64,000 nt of DNA. It comes from a virus. Location of the stretch: positions 1 to 64,000 of IMG/VR virus record IMGVR_UViG_3300009034_000013; one strand, 5' to 3'. Shown in pieces: positions 41,996 through 51,172 of the stretch (within the stretch, counting starts at the first letter, position 1; each line of letters starts with the position of its first letter). Under the pieces are notes generated by a model. The model had not been told where the DNA came from. It was given only the letters and a program-made list of their open reading frames with translations, and made no database searches. Made by a program: the position numbers and the translations under genes.

Positions 41996-42596
41996 TACAT
42001 TCCCCTCTTTATCATATAATGATTTGTTTTATGTTCAAAAATGTTCAAAATAACACTATCTTTTTTCTTCATATTAGTTATTTCTTTAAACATTTCTTTT
42101 ACATTATTTACATAGATTTCATATACTTTTCTTGATCTTTTTGTTTTGTTATAATATATAGTATATCCCTTCATTTATCTTCCTCCTTGTTTATAAAAGA
42201 AATTAAATCTTTTTCTGCTTCTATTAAAGTGTCAATTAATTTTCTATTTTTATCAATTAAATTTGTGATGATATCATCAAAATCTATAATAGTATTATCA
42301 GAAGTAGATTGTTCCATGTTAATCCTCCTAAAAAATGTTTTTTACTTTTTTAAATGATTTTTATTATTTAAAGATTCTTTTTTTATTATTATTGAATATA
42401 CTTATAATAAAATAACTTTATTTTTCATATTTTCAATTTTCATGTTTAATAATTTTCTATTCTTTGCAAAAGTTATATAAAGAATTTTCATATTATTTTT
42501 GAATGATAAAAAATAGTAAATTCATTTTCTTGAATATCTAATGTAAAACTTCCAGGAATAGAAGAAATATTCTTTTTAATCAATTGAATTAAAAAA

Positions 42597-43004
42597 TTAT
42601 TTTCCAGTACAAACTTTCTTGATTTTATTTGCTACTATACATAGTGCAGATAATGTGATTAACTTTTCTGTCAGTTTATCATTTTCCATTAATAATTCTT
42701 GAATATTCTTTTTCTTTTTTCTTAAAGATAACCATTCATCTTTTTCCTTCCTGCATTTTTCTAATGATTCATCTAACCATGAAAATAATACCCCATTTTC
42801 TGTTCTGTATTCATAGAAACATTCTTCTTTTTTTGTGAAAGGATTCAGAAATTTTTCATATATTTCTTTTCCTGATTTACATTTTGATCTTCCTGATTTA
42901 TCCCAGAAATTGGATTTTGTGTAATATCCATTTACTTTATTTAATGTTATTTCATCGATTGGTAAGCTCGTTTTTGGATACGTAATCCCAAATTTTCTTT
43001 CCAT
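42597..43004 (-). CDS. hypothetical early protein
   Basis: Start reassigned to ATG 43004 after GAGGAGGG; YEYRTENGVLFS motif. Confidence 0.65.
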   Translation of the reverse strand: MERKFGITYPKTSLPIDEITLNKVNGYYTKSNFWDKSGRSKCKSGKEIYEKFLNPFTKKEECFYEYRTENGVLFSWLDESLEKCRKEKDEWLSLRKKKKNIQELLMENDKLTEKLITLSALCIVANKIKKVCTGK

Positions 43005-43012
43005 AATACCCT

Positions 43013-43101
43013 CCTCAAGGTTGTTTCGGCAATGCTTTGCCTTCATCAGTACCTCAGCATCAGAGGTAGACAGACCCCGGTTTCCCAGGGTCACCTTAAG
43101 G
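43013..43101 (-). ncRNA. hammerhead ribozyme, type III
   Basis: TGTC^TACCTC-loop-GAGGTA-CTGATGA-A-GGCAA-AGCA-TTGCC-GAAACA; stem III extended by CCTTAAGGT/ACCTTGAGG with an inserted GAAA hairpin. Confidence 0.85.
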
Positions 43102-43136
43102 AATAGGTCAGCTGTGCCTATCCCTCTATATTTCTA

Positions 43137-43580
43137 TTAATATAGTTGATTATATTCTTTTTCATTATTCCTCCTTTCTTCAATCTCTTCCTCCTCTTCA
43201 ATTTCTTCTTTCAAAAGATTTTCCCATTCATCGTATAAATCTAAAAAATCGCCATCTTCAATACATTCTATAATTGCTTCTTCTTCCGTCAATTTTCTCT
43301 CATCGTCTGTAGTGAATATTTCTGCCTCTTGATCCCAAGAACCCCAGCTCTCAAGATAATAAGATACATCAATATTTCCTAATCCCCACGCTTGGAGTAT
43401 CAGAATAGGTTGCTCATTTTCTGGATTTGGATATGTTCCAGAAGTTTGTGTACTAATTTTCCCATCTTCATAGATCCAGATTCTGGACCCAGAATTATTG
43501 AAAACCATTTCTTTGTGAACTTCCATCCAATTGATGGAAGCAAGTGTTTTTTGAAATCTCTTTGTATTTTGTTCGTTCAT
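43137..43580 (-). CDS. acidic hypothetical early protein
   Basis: Start reassigned to ATG 43580 after the same RBS cassette as 43004. Confidence 0.65.
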   Translation of the reverse strand: MNEQNTKRFQKTLASINWMEVHKEMVFNNSGSRIWIYEDGKISTQTSGTYPNPENEQPILILQAWGLGNIDVSYYLESWGSWDQEAEIFTTDDERKLTEEEAIIECIEDGDFLDLYDEWENLLKEEIEEEEEIEERRNNEKEYNQLY

Positions 43581-43714
43581 AATACCCTCCTCAAGGTCGG
43601 GGGCTTTTCTTGCCCCTCTAATTATAATATACAACAGAAAAATTAACTTCTGCTCCAGTCAATATTAATTGATTTATAACTTTTCTTATTACGTTTTTAT
43701 TCCATATAAAATAA

Positions 43715-43792
43715 AATCGACTTGAGAATCGAACCCAAGATAATCAACCATGTCGATTAGATGCAGAATCGAACTGCAATTAAAACCCATCT
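43715..43792 (-). ncRNA. two tandem tRNA-elbow-like mini-elements
   Basis: Each has a closing stem, a GG-containing linker and a T-stem with TTCGATT loop; no anticodon arm. Confidence 0.55.
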
Positions 43793-43970
43793 TGTTTTTG
43801 TGCTCCTTGATTACTCCTCATTTTCAATCATCCCAGTTTCTCTCAACTAATTTCATCTTGGATAATGGATACTGGACTTTCTTGATCTTAAGATCTCCGT
43901 GCCCCTGGTCTCCATCCAAGATAGGTTTTCTCCCCCATCTTGGACAAGGTTTTTATTACCTTATATTAAT

Positions 43971-43999
43971 AATATACTATATATGTAAGCAAAAGTAAA
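43971..43999 (-). promoter_or_regulatory. leftward sigma70-like promoter
   Basis: TTTACT-17-TATATT on the - strand. Confidence 0.6.
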
Positions 44000-44228
44000 G
44001 TACTTTTTGTAAAATAATAAAAAAAATACATCTTTTTTTAAATAAAATCGTATACTTTCTCATACCTCTTTTACATGAAATATTTAGACGCTTATATCTT
44101 CAAAATAATGAACTTGTTTTATAAAAATGTACTGTACTTTACAGTTTTTTATAAATAACATAATTTCTAATTCTTTATAACATAAGGAGATAGAAGTCTG
44201 TCTTTTAAGCTAATATTTCTCATATTTT

Positions 44229-44273
44229 ATAAATCATATAATTACTTATAATATAAGTAATTATATGATTTAT
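44229..44273. repeat. perfect 22-bp-arm palindrome
   Basis: ATAAATCATATAATTACTTATA-A-TATAAGTAATTATATGATTTAT. Confidence 0.95.
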
Positions 44274-44504
44274 TTATATTTATACTATATAAAAAAGTGG
44301 TATATAAGTATCACTTTTGAAATAAAACCTTACTACGCCAATCTATGAGCGTCTAATATTCTTATAGTATTGAAAAAGTAAGAGGGGTCCATTACAAAAT
44401 GTATTGAATCCCTCTTTTTCGAAGTATATATGAAATAAACAAAAATAAAAAAAGTGTTCATATATATTATAATAAAAAATAATCAAAATTTATATATTTT
44501 TCTA

Positions 44505-44533
44505 TTTACTTTTTTGAAAATATTTTGTACTAT
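44505..44533 (+). promoter_or_regulatory. rightward sigma70-like promoter
   Basis: TTTACT-17-TACTAT. Confidence 0.6.
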
Positions 44534-44540
44534 TATATTA

Positions 44541-44676
44541 GGATGGTTGAGTATAGCATATATTATATAAGAAAATTTACAGCCCTTATTAAGGGGCGTC
44601 TTTTTTGGGTTTACTCAACCATCCAAAATGCCCAAAATACCAGAAATGGTAAGACGCTCTTTAATAAGGGTTTTTT
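44541..44676 (+). promoter_or_regulatory. structured leader with interleaved helices (attenuator-like)
   Basis: 44541-53 pairs with 44612-24; 44581-602 pairs with 44651-72 (3 G-U); then a U-tract. Confidence 0.65.
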
Positions 44677-44690
44677 ATTGGAGAAAATAA

Positions 44691-44894
44691 ATGAATGCAT
44701 CTGGACAATTGATGGAATTATTGAAACAAAATATAGATATCAATTCTAAAATTACATGTGGTAGATGTAATAGGAAACATAAAATATCAAGAATGTTTAG
44801 ATGTTATGAGGGTTTGATTTGGTTTTGTAATGAATGCGCAAGTATTCATTTTAATATGAAAAGACCTAATATATTTGAAAGAAGAGATAAATGA
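44691..44894 (+). CDS. small zinc-finger protein
   Basis: CGRC...RCYE...FCNECASIHF; GGAG RBS. Confidence 0.6.
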   Translation: MNASGQLMELLKQNIDINSKITCGRCNRKHKISRMFRCYEGLIWFCNECASIHFNMKRPNIFERRDK

Positions 44895-45250
44895 ATAGAA
44901 ATGAAGGAATATGGATACATCATAAAAGTGTATTTGAATTTCCGATTACTATAAAAGAATTTGTTAAGAATGATGAATTAGATTATAATCCAACATATAG
45001 TTTTATTTTTAATAAAGATAAAGGAGGAATAAATGATAATAAAAGAAGGTGATTGTTTTTATAAACGATACGATAAAAGGAAATATCATATAATCAAAAT
45101 AATAGAAGACAATAATAAAAAATTAGTCATTTATAAATTTTATGGTATTCACAAATAGTGGTGGCAATTATACAATAGAAAGTTTGAAGATGATGGAAGA
45201 TTGGTTTAAACATAATTTATATATATTTAAAAGAAATAAAGGAAAATTAA

Positions 45251-46570
45251 ATGAATAATTTACTTAAAAAAACATTATCTAATAATGGATGGATTCAGTG
45301 TAATAAATATTTAGCAAAAACAATAGGTATTTATGAATCAATACTTATCAGTGAACTTATATCAAAATATAATTATTTAGAAGAAAATAATAAAATAAAT
45401 AATGAATGGTTTTTTTATTTAAAAAAAGATATAGAAGACAATACAGGATTATCAAATCATAAAGCATGGAAAACTATGAGCCATCTTCAAGAAATAAAAT
45501 TTATAGATATAAAAAGAAAAGGAATTCCATCTAAACATTTTTTTAAAATATTAGATGATAATATTATTAAATTTATTGAAAATCCTTTACAATATATAGA
45601 AAAATATATAGATCCCAGTGATTTGAAAATTAAATGGCTTAGTGATTTAAAAATCAAATCACTTGCGATTTTAAAATTAAATGTATATTCTACTAATAAT
45701 AAGAATATTAATAAAAAGAATAAAAAAGAAGATAAGTGTTTTCCTATAGAAAACACAAAAACTTCTATTAAAAAATTAAATTCTTCTATAGAGAAAATTA
45801 TAAAAGAAATTCTTCCTATAGGAAATTTTACTAATAAAATCTATAAAAAAGATAAAAGTATACACAAAACAATCTTTTCTATAGAAAAATTTATATTATC
45901 TATGAAAGAAGGTAGATTAAGTCAACATTATAAATTTGATCCTAATTGGATAGATAAATATAATATTATTATTCCTAATGGGAAATTTGATAATAATGAA
46001 ATCATCCTAAAGAATTTTAAAAAAGCTATCAAAAGATATAATAAAATGAAAATTGAAGGGTATTGGCCTCCTGATAAATCCGGATTAACCACTAATTTTA
46101 TGAATTTTTTATACAACCCAAGATCACATAAATCAAGATTTTTATATTGTTTATCTAATAGACCAATAAAAATAAGAGAAGCAGAAGTAGATAAATTAGT
46201 GGATAAACTTGATCCTAATATCAGACAAATAGCTATAAAATATAAACAGAAAGATTGGGATGAAGTTATTTATTGGGAGAAAATATATAAATTATATAAA
46301 TGGTATGATGAAAGTGAAGATGGATTATCAGAATTAAATATGCCGAGATGGGAGGGAGTTTGTGGGTCATTTAGTATGTTTCTCGAAAAAATAAAAGAAT
46401 TTTCAGAAACTTGGTCTAATTGGAATATAGGTAATTTTGGTTATAATAATTCTACCTGGAAAATATTTGCCAGATGGCTTAAAGAAAAATATGAAATTAA
46501 TATAAATTTTTCAAAAAAAGCAATAAAAAAGGCAATTGAAAATTATAATAATAATATAGGTATAGGATAA
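45251..46570 (+). CDS. putative replication initiator / origin-binding protein
   Basis: N-terminal wHTH-like region (LAKTIG...WFF...IEDNTGLS...IKRKGIPSKHFF); internal iteron-like repeats. Confidence 0.7.
   Translation: MNNLLKKTLSNNGWIQCNKYLAKTIGIYESILISELISKYNYLEENNKINNEWFFYLKKDIEDNTGLSNHKAWKTMSHLQEIKFIDIKRKGIPSKHFFKILDDNIIKFIENPLQYIEKYIDPSDLKIKWLSDLKIKSLAILKLNVYSTNNKNINKKNKKEDKCFPIENTKTSIKKLNSSIEKIIKEILPIGNFTNKIYKKDKSIHKTIFSIEKFILSMKEGRLSQHYKFDPNWIDKYNIIIPNGKFDNNEIILKNFKKAIKRYNKMKIEGYWPPDKSGLTTNFMNFLYNPRSHKSRFLYCLSNRPIKIREAEVDKLVDKLDPNIRQIAIKYKQKDWDEVIYWEKIYKLYKWYDESEDGLSELNMPRWEGVCGSFSMFLEKIKEFSETWSNWNIGNFGYNNSTWKIFARWLKEKYEININFSKKAIKKAIENYNNNIGIG
45617..45888. repeat. iteron-like repeats (putative origin)
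   Basis: Three 24-nt AGTGATTT.AAAAT.AAAT units; four palindromic TT(C)CTATAG(G)AA-type units. Confidence 0.6.
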
Positions 46571-46643
46571 AAGAAAAGAGTAAATAGATTTATATTTAGC
46601 CTGTGCGGTATAAATCGAAAATATAATTATTTATAGGATAAGG

Positions 46644-46670
46644 CCCCTATTGAAAAATAGGGGAACTTTT
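46644..46670 (+). terminator. intrinsic terminator
   Basis: CCCCTAT-tgaaaa-ATAGGGG followed by AACTTTT. Confidence 0.55.
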
Positions 46671-46708
46671 ACTTGACTTAATTTTTGCAATAGGATAATA
46701 TAATGAAT

Positions 46709-46800
46709 ATGCTGTCGGAAAAAATAAATAATAAATATTTATCCCCCAGGTGGTTTTTAAACAAATCTTTAAATTCCGACAGCATCCTGGGGGATTTTTT
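46709..46800 (+). promoter_or_regulatory. structured leader with interleaved helices (attenuator-like)
   Basis: 46709-20 pairs with 46774-85; 46741-50 pairs with 46786-95; U-tract follows; promoter TTGACT-17-TAATAT at 46673-46701. Confidence 0.65.
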
Positions 46801-46814
46801 ATATAGGAACAAAA

Positions 46815-47261
46815 ATGAAAAGGAATGGGTATTTTGGAATAGGGATTGAGCAGGGAAAAACAAAGTTTAATTATTGGACTTTGTTCAGAACAGCTCAAAT
46901 ATTTAATGCAGATTTTTTGTTTACTATTGGTAAAAGATTTGAAAAAGGACATCCAGATACTATGAAATCATTTAGACATATTCCAACATATAGTTATATT
47001 GATTTTGATGATTTTAATAATCATAGACCGTATGGATGCATTTTAGTTGGAATTGAATTGATTGATTCTGCTGTTAATTTAAAAAACTTTGTACATCCAA
47101 AACGAGTATGTTATTTGTTAGGGGCAGAAGATAATGGATTAACAAAGAATGCAATTAAAAAATGTCAATATTTAGTCAAACTTCCTGGGGAGAAAAGTTT
47201 GAATGTGGCTGTAGCTGGATCTATTGTCTTATATGATAGAATTCAAAAAGGGATTGTTTAG
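46815..47261 (+). CDS. SpoU/TrmH-family SPOUT RNA methyltransferase
   Basis: NYWTLFRTA, YLLGAEDNGL, SLNVAVAGSIVLYDR. Confidence 0.9.
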   Translation: MKRNGYFGIGIEQGKTKFNYWTLFRTAQIFNADFLFTIGKRFEKGHPDTMKSFRHIPTYSYIDFDDFNNHRPYGCILVGIELIDSAVNLKNFVHPKRVCYLLGAEDNGLTKNAIKKCQYLVKLPGEKSLNVAVAGSIVLYDRIQKGIV

Positions 47262-47265
47262 CAAA

Positions 47266-48282
47266 ATGGAAAACAAGAATCTAATTGATAGAGTAAAAGA
47301 ACATATTATTTTATATTATAAAAAAAATGATAAAAGAATTCCTAAAATATCCAATATTGAAAGACATTTTAATATAACAAAAAAGAAAGCTACTAAAATA
47401 TACAGAGCATTAGTTGATCAAGGATTTTTGAAAAGAAATTATAGCCAATATAAAAAAGTTGAAAAACAATCTATTTTGAAAAAAAATAAAAATGATATAA
47501 TTGTCTTTATTATTAAAATTATCATGGCTATAGTAGGAATTGGGGCTGTGTGTTTGAGCGTTTATTATACTGGAATATGGTTGGATGAATTTTTACCTGT
47601 ATTTTTGGCCTATCTATTATCAAGTATAATGATTGCTTTTTCTGTAATTGCTTTTGAGACTATTATAATTTTATGGGAAAATAAACAATTTCCTATTGTT
47701 AGTTTATTTATTGTTTTATGGATTATAGTTTTAGTTTTTTCTATGATATCAACGATAGCTGGTCAATATAATCAAAGAATAAAAAATGTAATAACAGAAA
47801 CTATAGTAAATGTTGAAATAACTCATAATAAGTTAACTTATGATATCTATAATCAAGAAGAAAAAGATGTTCAAGAAAGTATAAAAAGAAAAGAAAAAGA
47901 ACTTGATCCTTTTTTGAATATATTATCAGACTTTGAAGAAGTAGATGATATTGATGAAAGTAAAAGAACGCAATATGTCCACTGGGATACTTATGAGAAA
48001 ATAAAAAGTATAAATAAAGAAATAGAAAAATTGAGAGATGAGTTGAAAAAAGTTAGAGAAAAAAAGAAAATTCATCTTGAAGAAAAAGAAGTTATTGGAG
48101 CTGTGGAAGATACTGATGTTGAATATGCTTCATTTTATGTATGGTTATCGAATATTTTTAATGTTGAAGTAATGTATATTGAATTTTGGTTGAGTATCTT
48201 CCCAGCTATTTTTATCGATTTAATCGCGCCTTTAGCAATTGCTATTAGTATGTTTTTGAGGAGAAAGAAAAATGAAATGTAA
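47266..48282 (+). CDS. wHTH + multi-TM + coiled-coil membrane protein
   Basis: N-terminal HTH-like segment, three TMs, coiled coil, C-terminal TM. Confidence 0.6.
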   Translation: MENKNLIDRVKEHIILYYKKNDKRIPKISNIERHFNITKKKATKIYRALVDQGFLKRNYSQYKKVEKQSILKKNKNDIIVFIIKIIMAIVGIGAVCLSVYYTGIWLDEFLPVFLAYLLSSIMIAFSVIAFETIIILWENKQFPIVSLFIVLWIIVLVFSMISTIAGQYNQRIKNVITETIVNVEITHNKLTYDIYNQEEKDVQESIKRKEKELDPFLNILSDFEEVDDIDESKRTQYVHWDTYEKIKSINKEIEKLRDELKKVREKKKIHLEEKEVIGAVEDTDVEYASFYVWLSNIFNVEVMYIEFWLSIFPAIFIDLIAPLAIAISMFLRRKKNEM

Positions 48283-48535
48283 AATGTGTAATAAAGAATA
48301 TCATTATTGTGGTACTTGCGAATATGATTTTTCTATGTACCCATTATCTGAAGGTTATTGCTATATGGATTGTTTTATAAAATCAGATGTATATAATCAA
48401 CATATAAATCTTTTAATAAAATTTGAGGAATCATTATTAGATGATCAAAAAGTGTTATTAAAAGAAATATTAGGATATGATGATTTTTATATCGATGAAT
48501 TATTAAATTTATTGGAGTATGTTAATGAAAAATAA
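48272..48535 (+). CDS. Cys-rich hypothetical protein
   Basis: CKMC...CGTC...CYMDC. Confidence 0.55.
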   Translation: MKCKMCNKEYHYCGTCEYDFSMYPLSEGYCYMDCFIKSDVYNQHINLLIKFEESLLDDQKVLLKEILGYDDFYIDELLNLLEYVNEK

Positions 48536-48941
48536 TAAAAATAAAATAAAACAATTTATGAAATTAAAGAATAAAGTTATTGATAATTTGCAAATAAAAG
48601 ATGGTATTTATTATAATGATAAAGATGAAAAAATTATAAATAACTGGAAAGAAGAAGATTGTGAAGAAATATGGAAATTTATAAAAGAAAAAATAAAAGA
48701 AGGATATAAAGGATTAGGCAATGAAACATGTCCTTTTTGTGTGAAAAAAATAATTGAAAATCTATATACAAAGTTTTTTGATAGAAGTTTATGTGGTAAA
48801 AAGAATATATGTGAATATAGTAAAAATCATGGTAATTGTTATATGTATAATAGTGATTATAAAAAATATAGTGATTTTGTTTATCACTTTTTTATAAATG
48901 ATTTCTATAAAAATATGATAAAGGAAATAGAAAATGATTGA
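48519..48941 (+). CDS. hypothetical protein
   Basis: CPFC motif; coupled. Confidence 0.55.
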   Translation: MLMKNNKNKIKQFMKLKNKVIDNLQIKDGIYYNDKDEKIINNWKEEDCEEIWKFIKEKIKEGYKGLGNETCPFCVKKIIENLYTKFFDRSLCGKKNICEYSKNHGNCYMYNSDYKKYSDFVYHFFINDFYKNMIKEIEND

Positions 48942-49141
48942 AGGAATACTAATTAAAATAAATGACAATTGTTTTAAGAAATCTTTTTTTAAGAAAATAC
49001 TATCTATATTTTTCAAAAAATATAGAATTAAAAAATATATAATTAAAGATAATTAGATATTACAAATGAAAAATGGATCAATTATTATGAATTCAAATAC
49101 TTTTAAAAAAATGAAAGATTATTTTAACAAGGAGGAAATAA

Positions 49142-49480
49142 ATGAGATTAGCACCTGATGGTAAAGTATATGATGTTGATAATATTTGTAAAGAACCAAA
49201 TGAAAATGAAATAGAAGCAATTCAATATTTAAGGCCAGATGGAAAGCGGAGATGTATGATGGCTGTTATTAAGAATAAAAAGATAGTTAAATATTCAAGA
49301 AAGATGATATTATCGATGGAAGAATTAAGAACTGGAGAAGTTGCATTTTATGCAAGATTCAAGGATGAAAAAGAGGAAGAAGAGAATATTATATTATTAA
49401 ATAATGGCCCTGGTATTATAGAGAAATGTTGTAATCTTATAGAACAGAAATGGAATCAAAGATATGGAGAAAAAAAATGA
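49142..49480 (+). CDS. hypothetical protein
   Basis: AAGGAGG RBS. Confidence 0.6.
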   Translation: MRLAPDGKVYDVDNICKEPNENEIEAIQYLRPDGKRRCMMAVIKNKKIVKYSRKMILSMEELRTGEVAFYARFKDEKEEEENIILLNNGPGIIEKCCNLIEQKWNQRYGEKK

Positions 49481-49663
49481 AAGAAATTGAATGTGATGAT
49501 TATGAATTTGTAAATATTCATTCAGATGCTGGTAGTTCTGGAGTACAATTTAATTGTCCCGCATGTTCTGATACAATTACTATTGCTGAATATGATTGGT
49601 GGTCAAAAGTATGTAGTTGTGGTTATGAATGGGAATTAGAAATTATTATAAAAGGATATAAAG

Positions 49664-49993
49664 ATGATTAAAAATAGAGATAATAATAGAGATAATAAAA
49701 TTATAAAAATAGATACATGGAATATGTGTTGTTATTTTGTGAAATCCATTAAACATCATTTGAAGAAAATTCATGAGATAAAAAGGATTGATTTAATTAT
49801 TTTTTCTGATTTATATTATGAGAAAAATGATGTCTGTGAAGTTTATAAACATATGGATGAAGTAAATATAATAATAAATAAAAAAGAAATTATTTTGGAA
49901 AGGAAAGTTGATTCTATTTTTAATAGTATTAATTTTGATTCAAATGTTTTTAATCGAGGATATGTATTTTTGGGATTAAAATATAAAATATAA
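49664..49993 (+). CDS. hypothetical protein
   Basis: Coupled ORF. Confidence 0.45.
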   Translation: MIKNRDNNRDNKIIKIDTWNMCCYFVKSIKHHLKKIHEIKRIDLIIFSDLYYEKNDVCEVYKHMDEVNIIINKKEIILERKVDSIFNSINFDSNVFNRGYVFLGLKYKI

Positions 49994-50113
49994 GGAAATA
50001 TAAATGATTAAAAAAATATGTGAATGTGGCTGTGGTGATTTTGTTAAAAAAGAAAAAAATAAATTTATAAATGGACATCAAAATAAAGGAATGGTGGAAA
50101 AGGAGAAAAGAAG

Positions 50114-51163
50114 TTGATACGATGTATAAAAATATTTAATTTCCAATCACATGAAAATACAAAATTAGAATTACATGAAAATGTAAATGCTATAATAGGT
50201 AATACTAATCAAGGTAAAACAGCTGTTATAAGATCCTTGCTTTGGCCTCTAACTAATAAACCAAGAGGAATTTCATTTATATCACACTGGGCAGATGAAA
50301 AGATGGATACATCTGTGGAAGTTGAAACTGATAAAGGAATAGTGATAAGAAAAAGAACAGAAAAATTTAATGGTTATATTATTAAAAGTAAAAAAGGAGA
50401 ACAAACATTTGAAGCGATAAGAGCGGATGTTCCAGATGAAGTAAAAAAAATAATAAATATAGATGAAGTTAATATTCAAAAACAACTTGATGCTCCTTTT
50501 TTATTATCTGAATCATCTGGAGAAGTTGCAAGATTTTTTAACAGAACTATTAAATTAGATTTGATTGATAAAATGTTGAGTTTGGTGGAACAGAAAAAAA
50601 GAAAAGAAAAAAATAATTTAAAAACAATTCAAAATAATTTAATAGAAATCGAAAAACAACTTGAAAATTTAACTTGGATTGATAAAGCTAAAGAATTAAT
50701 AGACAGAGTAAAAAATATTGAAAATAAAATAGATACTATAAAAGATAATTTTGAGAGTATATCTTTATTTATAAACAAATACAAAGAAAATAAAAAAATA
50801 GAGATTGCTATAAATATTGAATCTATTGAAAAATTAATAGAAAAATATGAGTTAATTGAAAAAAGGTATAATGATAAAGAAAAGGAAAATGATGATTTTT
50901 CTAATCAATTACGTAGGTATAAAATAAATAAAAATATTTTGGATAAGATAGGGGATTTGAGAAATGTTAAAGAATTATTTAAGAAGATAAATGAAATTGA
51001 AAAAAAGATTAAAATAATTGAGGATGAATATTCGAATGTACAATTAGAAATACAAAAATATGAAATGAATGAAAATAGAATAAGAAAAATGGAAAATGAA
51101 ATAAGAAAAATGGAAAATAAATTACCGAATAATTGTCCATTATGTGGTCAAAAGATAGAATGA
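50114..51163 (+). CDS. Rad50/SbcC-like ATPase, N-terminal half
   Basis: NFQSH, Walker A GNTNQGKT, Q-loop QKQLDAPFLL, coiled coil ending in the CPLCGQ zinc hook. Confidence 0.88.
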   Translation: MIRCIKIFNFQSHENTKLELHENVNAIIGNTNQGKTAVIRSLLWPLTNKPRGISFISHWADEKMDTSVEVETDKGIVIRKRTEKFNGYIIKSKKGEQTFEAIRADVPDEVKKIINIDEVNIQKQLDAPFLLSESSGEVARFFNRTIKLDLIDKMLSLVEQKKRKEKNNLKTIQNNLIEIEKQLENLTWIDKAKELIDRVKNIENKIDTIKDNFESISLFINKYKENKKIEIAINIESIEKLIEKYELIEKRYNDKEKENDDFSNQLRRYKINKNILDKIGDLRNVKELFKKINEIEKKIKIIEDEYSNVQLEIQKYEMNENRIRKMENEIRKMENKLPNNCPLCGQKIE

Positions 51164-51172
51164 GGAAAGAAA

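Noticed and set aside
43715-43792. Bona fide tRNA genes
   Set aside because: Only 34-44 nt each, with no anticodon arm and no CCA.
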